Below, in pieces: positions 12,381 through 24,932 of a DNA stretch of 64,000 nucleotides. The notes below the pieces were generated by a model. That model ran no database searches and was not told the DNA's origin. It saw only the letters and a program-made list of their open reading frames with translations. This DNA comes from the human T2T-CHM13v2.0 reference genome, Homo sapiens: NCBI RefSeq assembly GCF_009914755.1, contig NC_060936.1, one strand, 5' to 3'. A program made the translations under genes and the position numbers. Every line of letters begins with the position of its first letter. Position 1 is the stretch's first letter.

Positions 12381-12770
12381 TGTATTAGCCAGGGTTCTCT
12401 AGAGGGACAGAACTAATGGAATAGATATATATAAAGGGGAGTTTATTATTAACTCAAATGATCACAAGGTCCCACAATAGGCCATCTGCAGGCTGAGGAG
12501 CAAGGAGAGCCAGTCCAAGTTCCAAAACTGAATAATTCAGAATCCAATGTTTGAGGGCAGGAAGCAACCAGCACGGGAGAAAGATGTAGGCTGGGAGGCT
12601 GGGCCAGTCTCTCTTTTCACATTTTTCTGCCTGCTGATTTTCTAGCCATGCTGGCAGCTGATTAGATTGCACATATCCAAAATTAAGGGTGGGTCTGCCT
12701 TTCCCAGTCCACTGACTCAAATGTTAATCCTTCAATCCAATCAAGTTGACCCTCAGTATTAACCATCACA
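12381..12770 (-). mobile_element. MLT2A (HERV-L) solo LTR
   Basis: TGTATTAG...GGGTTCTCTAGAGGGACAGAACTAAT...AACCATCACA; exact 5-bp TSD CTTTC at 12376-12380 and 12771-12775. Confidence 0.92.
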
Positions 12771-13149
12771 CTTTCCATACCATTTTTTTTGTAAGATGCC
12801 ACAAACACAACATCATGAAGATTCTGCAGCAACTACAATTTTCATGCTATATGTAACAATTACTTCTCTATCTTCTGCTTACTCTTACCCATAAGAGTAT
12901 TTATCTTCCAAAATGTCTTTACAGAGGAATTATAGTGAAGCATCACTAAATTTTTAAAAACAACAAAATGTACACAAACAGCAGAAGTCTATGTGTTGAT
13001 AGAAGAGATGAGACATACTGATGGCTGAAGATTATTCAGGTCAGTCTCGTTTGAATGAGTCTTGATGCCAAACCTTTGAAAAAACTTTCAATTTTCAGAG
13101 CCTTTGTTATTTTGTAATTATAAGTAATGGTTGTGTATATGTATATCGG

Positions 13150-13372
13150 TTTAAAAATGTATATATCCCTAACAAAACAGTACCAAAATATGTAGAGAAA
13201 AACTTGATGGAAATACAGACATAGTCACCATCTTATTGAAAAATTACAATATATTGATCTTAATTTTAGTAAGTTCAGTAAACAAAAATTCAATAAATAC
13301 ATAAAAGTTTTGAATTATTCTATTCAAAGCTTAATGTACTATATTACATAAAAACATGTGTCTAACAATATG
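13150..13372 (+). mobile_element. Old L1M ORF2 endonuclease-region fragment
   Basis: Degenerate match to the NIYAPN...GDFN region of the L1 endonuclease. Confidence 0.5.
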
Positions 13373-13374
13373 AT

Positions 13375-13822
13375 CTTGAAATCAGCCATAAAGCAAGTCT
13401 CAGAAATTACAAACATTGCATGTTCTCACTTGTTTGTGGAATCTAAAAATCAAAATGGAGATAAGGGTAGAAATATGGTTATCAGAGGCTGGGAAGGGTA
13501 GTGGAGAGATAAGGGAGAGGTAGGGATGATTAATGGGTACAAAAAAATAGAAAGAATGAATAAGACATAGTATTTGATAGTGCAACAGGGTGACTACAGT
13601 CAATAATAATTTAATACTACATTTTGAAATAACTAAAAGAGTATAATTGGATTGTCTGTAACACAAAGGATAAATGTTTGAGGGGATGGATACTCCACTT
13701 TACGTGATGTGATAATTACACATTGCATGACTGTGTCAAAACATCTCATGTACCTTATAAATATATATACCTACTATGTATCCACAAAAATTAAAATAAG
13801 AAATTTTAAAAAAGAAATAAAA
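13375..13822 (+). mobile_element. L1MA2/L1MA3-like 3' end
   Basis: GCATGTTCTCACTT...GGTTATCAGAGGCTGGGAAGGGTAGT...ACAGGGTGACTA...A-rich tail. Confidence 0.85.
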
Positions 13823-14059
13823 AGCAAAGTGACTCACAATTTTTGAAGAGAGCAGAGCAGACCACAAAACAGAATATAAAATGATTCCATTGTGTTTGTG
13901 TGCATATGTAATTTTTTGTTTTTTTTCCCCATATTTCCCCAAATCATGCAATAAACAAATATTGCTTTTGTAATATTTTAAAATAAATTTCTAAAAAAAG
14001 GTATCATTCAATCCATGAACTTTGAACATAATCAAACTAAGTTGAAAGTTAATATCCAA

Positions 14060-14745
14060 AGTGTATATATTTCTAAATAAAATGGGTGAAGTGGCTATTT
14101 TTAAATTAGTTATAAGAGACTTCAAATAAAAGAGCATTAACAGAGATAAGAGGAATATTCTGTAATTTAAAAAGAGATAATTCATCAGGAAAATGTAACA
14201 ATTATAAATGAGATACACAAAATAATATATCCTCAATATACATAAAACAGAAGTTGACAAAATTGATGGGGAAAATGGACATTTGTAAAATTACAGTTGG
14301 AGATTTTGGCACCTACCTCTCATCAATTGATTTAAAAAAAACAGATAAAATAGGAAATATAACAGTAAATACAGATCTGAGCCACACCTTCAATCACCTT
14401 GGTCTAATTGACACTAGAGCACGCTACATCCAACAACTGCAGAATAAACATGTTTTTCAAGTGCATATGGTATATTTAAGAAGATATAACATATTCTAGG
14501 ACATAAAATACATCTCAATAAACCTAAAAGAATTGAAGTCATACAGAGCAGTATATTATCTAACTACAAAATAATTTTTAAAATTAGAAATCAGTAATAA
14601 AATATAGTTTAAATAACTCAAATACTGAAAAATTGAACAATCAGGCACCTAACATAGAACCCAACCATTCCAAGCTTACAAAAAGGTCTGTACACAAACG
14701 TTCATGACTGCTTTATTTGCAGTAGTCAAAAACTTACACAAATAG
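14060..14745 (+). mobile_element. Old L1M ORF2 fragments (EN region joined to a 3' piece)
   Basis: ORF 14254-14499 reads ITVGDFGTYLSSID, the EN motif; jump to the 3' ORF2 region near 14650. Confidence 0.65.
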
Positions 14746-14944
14746 CAGATCTATTTGCTTAGAGCTCTGATATTCTACATAGCTCTTTGCAGACAAAACG
14801 GAGGCTGGATTTTGTTCTATGTACCTTTAATGATTTGTTAAATTAGGCATAAGAAGGAAATCTCCAGAAACTATGTTATCACCAATTGCCTGTCTCCAGG
14901 CACCACTGATTTCCTAGCATTTCTGAAGGCATTCATATATATAC

Positions 14945-15135
14945 ATATACTTAAAGTTCTGAGATACATGTACAGAACGTGCAGGTTTGTTACATAGGTA
15001 TACATGTGCCATGGTGGTTTGCTGCACCCATCAACCTGTCATCTACATTAGGTATTTCTCCTAATGCTATCCCTCCCCTAGCCCCCTACCCTGACAGGCC
15101 CTGGTGTGTGATGTTCCCCTCCCTGTGTCCCTGTG
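14945..15135 (-). mobile_element. Short L1PA7/8-like 3'UTR
   Basis: Closely matches the 3'UTR at 1910-2105. Confidence 0.9.
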
Positions 15136-16709
15136 GACACAGAAAACATTTTTTACTGCCTGTTTCAGACCCATTCCTATCTATGCTTATTGAAATCACA
15201 TTTGTACTTGCGATGTCTGTCAAACTCTGCACTGGTCATTCAACATATGTTGTTGGAGGCTAGTTTCAGCAAATAGTCCACTTTTTCTAGTTTTGCTTCA
15301 GATTCATTATAGCATAATTGCAATGTCTGTTGGCTTATTAGTGCTGAAGTAACAGAGTGCCTTCTCTATGAGGCCACTTAAATGTAGAGTAGTAGGAGCA
15401 TTCGCATTGGAGAGTAGGCTTTTTTTTTTTTTAGCTTATGTAATGTTGCAGATTTATGGGTAGTTCAAATTCCAAACTTGATCATTAGAACAGCTCTACT
15501 TGCTAGAGGGTTTCATAGAACTTATAAACAAGGGAAAGAAAGGACCTTTCTTTCTTGAATTGGCAAAAAATAACAGAAGCTAGATGGTAAATGTAGAAGA
15601 GACCTCTCCATCTGAGAAGGAAAAAGGAATAGGGAAATCAGATCACATAAATGCAACATAGAGAACTTCTAAACAAGTCTCTGACTGTATTATGTTCTAT
15701 GAATGTTCTGGAAATAGTTTAGTAAGGTATTTAAATCATACCTCAACTTCTTATTTTTTCTAATTTGTTCATTTTTTTAAAGATTGAGTACAGAGAATTG
15801 AGTTCATTATACTCAGTTCATGGCACATATTTGTCTTTAGATTGGGAAAGTGCCCTCTCTTGCCTAATTTTCTTCTATCTCCCTTCTTCATGCTTATCCT
15901 TGTTGCCACTATAGACAATGATTCTAATTTTAATAATATTTATCTTTGTATTTGGTCATGTTCTTGCAAAATGACTATTGCTACTTTGTGTTTGGAAGCA
16001 ATTGTTTGACGAATTCAATTCACCAGATGTCTGACTAGACCACTGAGCCCTTTGAAATATATCTTTGCCCAATAAAAAGGTAAATCTGCTTTTATTTCAT
16101 TTTCTTAAATGTTTCTTTTCTTGCTACAAAACTAGATACCAAACAAACAAAAGGAGTACGATAATTTTATCTTTTAATTCTGATTACATATGAACTGTGG
16201 TTATTGAAATGAAAGATGAAAATTGGCTCACTCTTTGCACAGTGAATATATAAGAAATAAAGAACAGGAGATAAACTAACACAATAACACATTGTTTACT
16301 GCAAGATTCCTGGTCTGGTAGATCATTGTGCTACTCTGAGAAACAGATAGTTCTCTGGAGTAAGGAGGGAACTGAAGCTTTAATATACGAAAGGACTAAA
16401 CAGGGTAGTCTTCTCTGGGAAAATCTCAGATGAGGGAAAAAATAACTCTCCATCTACATTCAAAAAGGGCATCTTTATAGAAATGCATATTTACTAGCAC
16501 GAAGGACCTCTGAGGAAGCACTACATACCCAAATATCTCCCTTTCCAACTGGCTATGAAAACATACACTCTTCTCATTCCTGGTAAGGATAATCTGCTGA
16601 GATCATACAGGGTTGAATTCCTCTTGGCTTTGCAGCCTGGGATATTGTGAAACTGAGACAGAGCAATGGAGAGAGAATATGGCAGAGAGCAAAATCAGTA
16701 GTTCCAGAC

Positions 16710-17105
16710 TGGTAAAGGCTGTGTGAACACCCAGATCTTCCTGCATAGAAAAACTTTCTGGTTCGGCTGCCTGGACACAGCCTTTGGATAGCAGCCCTGG
16801 AGGGATCACCTTGTTTCAGAGAGCTTCCTTACCCAAGGTCAAGCTTCTTCCCACATTGGACTATATCCAATGGCTGATGTACATGAGACTATAAAAGCCT
16901 GGTCATCTCAGCTCAACTTGGGTCAGTGCTGAGATGTCTAGCTCCAGGACTTCCCATGGGACAGCCAAGATGCTCTTTGGTTCTGCATTACAGCTCACCT
17001 TCTCCATCTGCTTCTTTCCTTTCCTTTCTCCTCCCAAAATCACTTCTAATTAAATATTCTGCTTGTTAAATCTAAAATGCAGATTTAAGAGGACCTTCCT
17101 ACAAC
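16710..17105 (+). mobile_element. LTR16A-like ERVL solo LTR
   Basis: Motif order CCCAGATC...CCCAAGGTCA...ATCCAATG...TATAAAAGCC...AGCTCCAG...CTGCATTACAGCTC matches my recall of LTR16A. Confidence 0.7.
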
Positions 17106-17825
17106 CAATATCAATTTAAAGAATACCTTGTGACTTAGATGCTTTTGTTTATTTTGAATTGTAGAATATAGTAGAATTAATTATTTAGCTTAAACACATT
17201 AATAAAAAAGTATTTCTACATGCTCTTCTTTATGTAAAAGGATAAGTGTCTATAAAATCAAATAGCTGAAAGAAATGGTGTTTTTATGAGAGTTTTAAAA
17301 AATTCATTCTATAGAATCACTCACTTGCAAATTGTTGCAGATATAATTTCATCATCTTCTTGCTGACATTAGGACCATGAAGTGATCCCAAAGACCCCAA
17401 CGTGAGAGTCAAGCCCCTGAATCAAATTTTTTTTGTCAAAACTGTGCCTGGGTTCCCTTTACAATATGGTAATCATAAAAACAATTCTAGACAAATGAAG
17501 AGTTTTGTAGGTAAAACACAATAAATATGGTGAAAAAAGACACATATTCATATGTAGCAAAGCCACATTATAGCTTCAGCTTAATAATTTAACTAACTCC
17601 CATAATGGGAGCTTTTATCCGTGCCATTTCAGCCTGTAAAATTCAGAAGATGAAAAATCTCTTAAAAATCTTTATTAGCATTGGGTAGACACCTAGCCAT
17701 TAGGTCAATGGTATCTTAAAGGGAGAAAGTAACATTATTTAGTTGCTATCTATTATGTGCCTATTGTTGGACAGATGCAAAAATAGATGCTGGGAGAACA
17801 GATTTGAAAATATACACTTCCTGCA

Positions 17826-17918
17826 TTTTTTTGATTTTTATTTTTAAGTTCTGGGGTACCCGTGTAGGATGTGCAGGTTTGTTACATAGGTAAACGTGTG
17901 CCCTGATGGTTTGCTCCA
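17826..17918 (-). mobile_element. Very short L1PA (about PA10-13) 3' end
   Basis: T-rich tail followed by TAAGTTCTGGGGTAC...GTGCAGGTTTGTTACATAGGTAAACGTGTGCC. Confidence 0.85.
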
Positions 17919-17989
17919 TATACCAGGAGGATCTAGAGGGGAAACACAAGAAGGTAGAAATGTTGTATAAGAAGTAAGCGCTACAATAG

Positions 17990-18460
17990 AGTAGAGCTGA
18001 AGGAAATTTAATCTCGACTGGGATAAAAGTAGGGGTCAGAGGTAGGACACGGTGCTCAGATATCTTGAACCACTCAGCGAAAGTAAAAATATTGGCCAAG
18101 TTTGGAACAAAAAGAGTTAGCGAGAAGGAAGAAGGAAGGAACATCCTTCCAGACATATGTGGATAAATGCACAAAAGCCTAGAGTTAGAAGAATACACTT
18201 TAACAAAAATTCAAGAACATCATTAACAATGGAGGTGGGTGGACAATCCACTATATTTGAACAGGAAAGTAGAGACTAGGTAGCAGCCATCTCTTGAAGA
18301 GTTTTAAATGTAAAAGCATGTTATTTAGATTCTATCCTGAAAGCAAAGAGGAGGTCTTCAAGGAAAATCATATAGTCAGATTTATGTTTTAGAAAGATTA
18401 TCTTTCTAAAGCCAAGGGAAGTGAGAAAAAAGTTATTAGAACCAGTAAGTGCCCTGTCAA
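17990..18460 (-). mobile_element. L2 fragment
   Basis: Purine-rich L2 antisense signature (GATTCTATCCTGAAAGCAA; AGTCAGATTTATGTTTTAGAAAGAT). Confidence 0.6.
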
Positions 18461-19603
18461 TTTGGTTCTTACAAAATATTATTTTAAAATAGTTTTTTAG
18501 AAATAATGTTATGAGCAAAGTGCCCTAATTTTAAGACATAAAAGTTGACTCTGGCTATTTAAACAATGAGAAATTAATTTAAATGATTTTGGGAAGTCCA
18601 CAAAAATGTTGAGAGGTTGGGAACCAGACTTTAAGACAAACTTCTAGAAATAGGAACACTACTGAAAACTCACCTAGTGAGGAAACTGCTGCACACCACA
18701 AGCTGGATCTGCCTCAACTAGAAAGCCATGGCCGTAGCCACTAACACCTCCAAAGGAAGCTGAATTCCTCTATGACATCATGGCCATGAAACCACAGCTC
18801 CGCTTAGATTTAGATTCAAGTTACAGGAGGTCAAAAGTGAATGGAAGATAAAAAACAGGTGATAGACCAGAATTGTCTTTCAAGAAGCTTAGTGGCAGTG
18901 GAAGGATCATGATTTATCAAAATGTAAAGAAGATTTTAAAGATATATTTGCAACTATAGGATAATAACTATGTATTCATTTTGGATACATTGGGGAAGCA
19001 ATATACTGAGATTAGGGAATTGTAGAGAAAGGTGAGTATTTGAAACATTTTTCCAAGCAATGGCAGAAACAACTTCTTGGGACACATAAATACATTGCCA
19101 AGCAATACTAAGGGCAAAGCTGAGCTAAAAGGGGAAATAATGTATTTGTAATATTTCCAGTCTTGGTGGATGTTGGATTTTTCTTCAGTGACATTTGAAA
19201 GCTTGGGCATACACTTAGGTTGGGATTTAGGTAGAACCAAGAGCCTTCAGAGTATTATCACTAGACTGGTTGGGATGACGGGCCGTGTGGTTCACATTAG
19301 ATAGAATAAAGGGAAGAAACCTAAAGTGTTGAGAGGTGATAGAAGAGTTAAGATCACAGGTAATGTTGGGTTCAAAACTGGAGTAAGGAAGCACTATGAC
19401 TGTGAGTAAAAGGTTAGTTCATCGCTTTAAAAAGTAAAATAGTTGCTAGTAGTGACAAGGTTCAGAGTGTGGCTATGAACATAATTTGCTATGATAGAAG
19501 GGAGGTGAATGCTTTAGGAATCATGGAATTGTAAGCCTAGAGTATAGATGAATAAAAAACTGCCAAACTATTGGTGGAATTGAGGATAGAAATGAACATT
19601 GTG

Positions 19604-19988
<385 letters not shown>

Positions 19989-21134
19989 CTAAATCCCAGC
20001 CTCAAGATCTTCCTCTACCCTCCTGTTCCCAGGCTTTCAAATCATACTGGTATATACAAATATGCATATGGTTTTGTAGTGGGTCTCTATATGATAGCAA
20101 TTTTGAAGGATATAGGAGAACATAACTAAGTGACTTAATCTTAACTTGAATAGGATGATTTATACAAGAGTGCAGGAATAATGACTTCGTGTGAGATTAG
20201 GAATTAAAAAAGGAGCTTCATCTATACCACCCCTTATGCATGCCTTTGGGTAAACTTTTTGGTCATGCCATTGCACCTTATACAAAAGGCTAGATAGATT
20301 AGTTCTCTGAGTACTTTGATGTGGCCAGATTCTTTTTCCATAATCTTTGTATCATGTTAATAATTGATTGCCTGTTCCCTACATTTTAGATTACACCACT
20401 AGGACTCTAATTTGGAGTTGCTCACCAGCTTTGCCTACCAGCAGGCCTCAAACTAAAAGGCATTCTCATGCTTGACTAAAACTTTCAACACTCTCCCTTG
20501 CCTTGTCAGCCTGCCCTAAAATATCAGTTACTCCTAGCTTCACTGGACATTAAGATGAAGAAATAAAAAGGAATATGATAGTACTTATATCCACAAAGCC
20601 TTACAATGATGAGTTCTCACTGATTTACATGCATTTGTATGGTACCAACTGGCTTTCTCGGTCTCTTAGTAAAAATAAGAAGCAACAACAAAAGCTTTGT
20701 TTTGAGGTAGTTCAGAGATTTTGCAACTTTGTTTTAAAAATGAAAATCACTGAGAAAGTAAATATTTTCTTTCAGGGTGTGGTAGTTGCCAGCTTGCCTA
20801 AAAGAGAAGCTTGTTTTAGATGTGGGCACTGACATGATTTCTAGTCTCTCCATCTCTCTACACACACAGACACACACACATAACTGATACATCCAAAACT
20901 TTGATGTTCACAAATAATGTATGCACATAATAGAGACCAGAGATCCCAAACCATGACTTTAAGGTACAAGATGGTAACATACTTCATGGAAGAGCCAAAC
21001 TGGGTCTAGGGAAGAAATAAGCAAATAACAGATCAGGAGAATATGACCCTATCTAAAGTTGTTCAATTTTAAATCTTTTAAGCACTGAAGAAAAAAATCT
21101 CTGCTCTATAAGCTGAAGCTTTCACCACAAAAAT

Positions 21135-21262
21135 TATAGCCATGTGAGCCAATGTATTTGGTAATTAGTTAGATTTAACTATTCCACGATGCCTATACAC
21201 TTCAAAACATTATGTTGTACATGATAAAACCGTACAATGTAATTTGTCAATTTTTAAAAAGT
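21135..21262 (+). mobile_element. L1MA 3' terminal fragment
   Basis: TAATTAGTTAGATTTAACTATTCCAC...TCAAAACATTATGTTGTAC. Confidence 0.65.
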
Positions 21263-21589
21263 CAAAAATTTACTTTGTATATTTGGTTGTCAAATGGGTG
21301 TCAGATGTCAGTTTGCAGTCCCAGTAAATAAAAAAAATGATAAATAAATTGCCTGCTTTGTCCTTTATTAGATGTGCTTGCTCCATGTTTTTAAATTTCA
21401 TAATTGCCACAAACATTTGTTAACCACACATTATCTAAGAATAAATAAAGTAAATTGATTGTACAATGGAATTCACAAACATAAAACCTAACTTAAACCC
21501 TACACCAGTGTTTTGTAAAGTGTAGTCCTCAAATCATTGCTAGTTCCTGGCCATAAGTTAAGTGTTTGGCATAGAATGGCAATTTCAAA

Positions 21590-22320
21590 GGAAAGAGATA
21601 CACAGAACCTGAATTCAGCTCTGAATCAAGTGGACCTGGTAGATATCTATAGAACTCTTCACCCAAAAACCACAGAATATACATTCTTCTCATTGCCACA
21701 TGGCACTTACTCTAAAATTGATCACATAATTGGAAGTAAAACTTTCCTCAACAAATGAAAAGGCCTGAAATTATAACACTCTCTCAGAACACAGTGCAAT
21801 CATATTAGAACTCAAGACTAAGAAACACACCCAAACCACCCAATTACATGGTGTTGAACAACCTGCTCCTGAATAACTCCTGGGTAAATCATCAAATTAA
21901 GGCAGAAATCAAGAAGTTCTTTGAAGCTAATGAGAACAAAGAGATAATATACCGGAATCTCTAGGATGCAGCTAAAGCTGCATTAAGAGGGAAATTTATA
22001 CACTAAATTCCCACATCAAAAAGCTGGAAAGATCTCAAATCAACATCCTAACACCACAACTAAAAGAACTAGAGAACCAAGAGCAAACAAACCCCAAACT
22101 AGCAGAAATAAACAAGATCAGAGTGGAACTGAAGGAGATAAAGACACAAAAAACTCTTCAAGAAAATAACAAAGGAATCCAGGAGCAGCTCTTTTTAAAA
22201 AAAATTAATAAAATAGACTGCTAGCTAAACTAATAAAGAAGAAAAAAGAGAAGAATCAAATAGACACCATCAAAAGTGATATGGGGGTTATAACCACTGA
22301 ACCCACAGAAATACAAACAA
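21590..22320 (+). mobile_element. L1P ORF2 endonuclease/linker fragment
   Basis: ORF 21537-21758 contains DIYRTLHP...YTFFS...YSKIDHI. Confidence 0.9.
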
Positions 22321-23679
22321 CTTTCCTTCTTTGTGTCCATTTCTTCTGATCATTTAGCTCCCACTTATAAGTGAGAACATGTGTTATTTCATTATCTATT
22401 TCTGCATTAGCTTCCTCAGGATATTGGTCTCCAGCTCCATCCATGTTGCTGCAAATGACATGATTTCATTTTTATTAACAGCTCTGTAGTACTCGATGGT
22501 GTACATATACTGCATTTTCTTCATCCAGTCCACCACTGATGGGCATTTACATTGATTCCATGTGTGTGCTATTGTGAATAGTGTGGTGATGAACATACAC
22601 ATGCATGTATATGGCATAAGGAAGAGGTCCAGTTTCAATCTTCTGCATATGGATAGTCAGGTATTCCAGGACCAGTTATTCAATAGAGATTCCTTTCCGA
22701 GTTGCTTGTTTTGGTTGACTTTGTCAAAGATCAGATGGTTATAGGTGTATGGCACTATTTCTGGGCTCTCTATTCTGTTCCAATTGTCTGTGTGTTTTTG
22801 TACCAGTACCATGCTATTTTGATTATTGTAGAAATCTGCTGCACTAAAGAGCTGAAGCATTCCTGATCTGCTGGCCACAACATTTTGATGGGTGGAGCCA
22901 GCCAAAGTGCTTCACTGGGGCAGTGGCAGTGGGATCCGTACTTGCTCACATGTGCCAGCAACTGCAGCAGTGTGGTGGGGTACCTGTGTGTCAGTTGGGG
23001 AGGGGTACTGGTGGGAGTTGGGCTGTTGTGTTCCTGTGTGCACTTGTACTCAGGTGGTGGCATGGTGGTGGTGGGGTGCTGGCAAGGGCAGGGTTGATGG
23101 TGTCTGTATTTGCACTCTCACTGGCATCAGTGGCAACAGAGGTGAGCATTATTGAGTGCAGAGCCTCAGACCTCTGTGCCTACATTAATGCCAGCAATGG
23201 TGGCATGGTCAGGTCCCTGCATGTCACTAGTGGATGGGGGTTAGAGGGTTGTGGAGGTGGGTAGGTGGGTGGTGGGGCGATCTCACCCTGGCAGCAGTGG
23301 GTGGTGAGGGGTGGGCCAGCAGGGATGGGGAGGCAAGGTCCATCAGCATGTGCATGCCAGCAAATCAGTAGTAGGGGTGGCTTCTGGGCTAGTGTATGCT
23401 GCAAAGCTGCATGAGAGAGGTCACAGTTGGGGAGGGTGTAGGTAGGCTGTTGCAAGCAATGCTCATGGAGCTCTCTGACACAGTCTGAGGGCCCCTGGGA
23501 AGCACCCTGGTTGGGTATCTGAGGCTGCCCTGTAGCCAGACTAGGACCCCAGGAGGGGCCAGCAGACAGAGGAATGCTCAGATCGGACTGGCCTCAACTC
23601 ATAATCGAGGGCAGTCGCTTGCTCTGTCCACATTCAACTGTCACCCCAATGCTGCAGTCTTCTAGAGGAGCGTGGTGAA

Positions 23680-24488
23680 TGTATTAGTCTGTTCTCATTC
23701 TGCTAATAAAGACATACCCAAGACCGGGTAATGTTGGGGTGATCAGACCCAACACCATGTCGTGGGGGTGATGAAGTCCACTGGAGTCAAAGGAATGAGA
23801 AAAGACAGCTTGAGAGAGAAAGTGGGTCCAGGGGGCCAACACGAGTATGGAGGCTGCGAAGGTCCTGAGCTCTGGAAGCCCAGACTATCTACTGTTGATC
23901 AAACAAAGAAACAGGTGGTGAGAATGTGGGGGTGAAAGGGCAAGTGCTTGATCTACAGCTGTGATGGTTTAGCATTTCCTTTGAGGCATATGGAGCATGT
24001 TCTGCTACTTGAGACAATGGGGAGCATGTTCTTCTAGTTTAAGCTAGAAGCAAGGAGCCAGCAAATCTAGACTCATTCCAGAGGTCATGAGGGGTTTTAT
24101 GCCCTGAGCCCTGGACATTATGTCAGACAAGCAAGCCCTGCCTCAGCTTTTTTTCCCCCAACACTCAGCTTTTTCCTAACAGGGTAATTTATAAGAGGTT
24201 TAAGTGACTCACAGTTCCACATGGCTGGGAAGGCCTCACAATCATGGCAGAAGGCAAATGAGGAGCAAAGTCATGTTTTACATTGTGGCAGGCAAAAGAC
24301 CTTGTGCAGGGGAACTCCCATTTATAAAACCATCAGGTCTTGTGAGACTCATTCACTACAATGAGAACAGTATGGGGGAAATGGCCCTCAGAATTCAATT
24401 ATCTACATCTGGCCCCACTGCCCTTGACACATGGGGATTATTACAATTCAAGGTGAGATTTGGGTGGAGACACAGTGAAACCATATCA
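23680..24488 (-). mobile_element. THE1C-like solo LTR, split by LTR14
   Basis: TGTATTAGTC... at 23680, ...AAACCATATCA at 24488; colinear across the LTR14 insertion. Confidence 0.9.
23732..24181 (-). mobile_element. LTR14A/B-like solo LTR (HERV-K14, HML-1)
   Basis: TG...CA termini; minus strand reads TGTTAGGAAAAAGCTGAGTGTTGG...GGGTCTGATCACCCCAACA; exact 6-bp TSD GGGTAA at 23726-23731 and 24182-24187. Confidence 0.85.
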
Positions 24489-24932
24489 GTGCTACTGGGG
24501 GATAGGCACTCCTGGCTGTGCTCCACTGCAAACATTTCCACACCAAATCCTCTAGACTCCACACAGGCTGGAGTCCTGCCCCTATCACCTCTCTAAACAA
24601 GTCTCTTTGCCAGCTCAAGTGTTCATGGGGGTTGTGGAGTCTCTTGCTGCCAGGATTCCAGACATATGTGGACAGATATATGTTTCCTTGTTCAACTCAC
24701 CTCTTCCCCAAGAATCACTAGGGGCCAGGAATGAGTCCTGGTGCTTGGTATCCCCATGCAGAGTTCCCAGTTTCCCCCAGCTTCAGCCCGATGCCTGTGC
24801 CCTTTCTGTTTTTGCTCACAATACTTTCCCCCTGAAGATCTGCTTGGAGTGTGCTGGTTTTCTCCATGTTCTAGTCTCTCAATGACAGGTGTTCCTCCTG
24901 GCTCCAACTTGTCAGCCCTGTTGGCTGAAACT

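Larger units (their letters stand above)
22321..24932 (-). mobile_element. Internally deleted L1PA15/16-like element (3'UTR piece, ORF2 piece, GC-rich 5'UTR), interrupted by THE1C and LTR14
   Basis: 3' region 22321-22607, ORF2 piece 22608-22830, 5'UTR-like sequence 22831-23679 and 24489-24932. Confidence 0.75.

Noticed and set aside
22830-23680. GC-rich stretch with overlapping ORFs as a CpG-island promoter or gene
   Set aside because: CpG-depleted and explained as an old L1 5'UTR.
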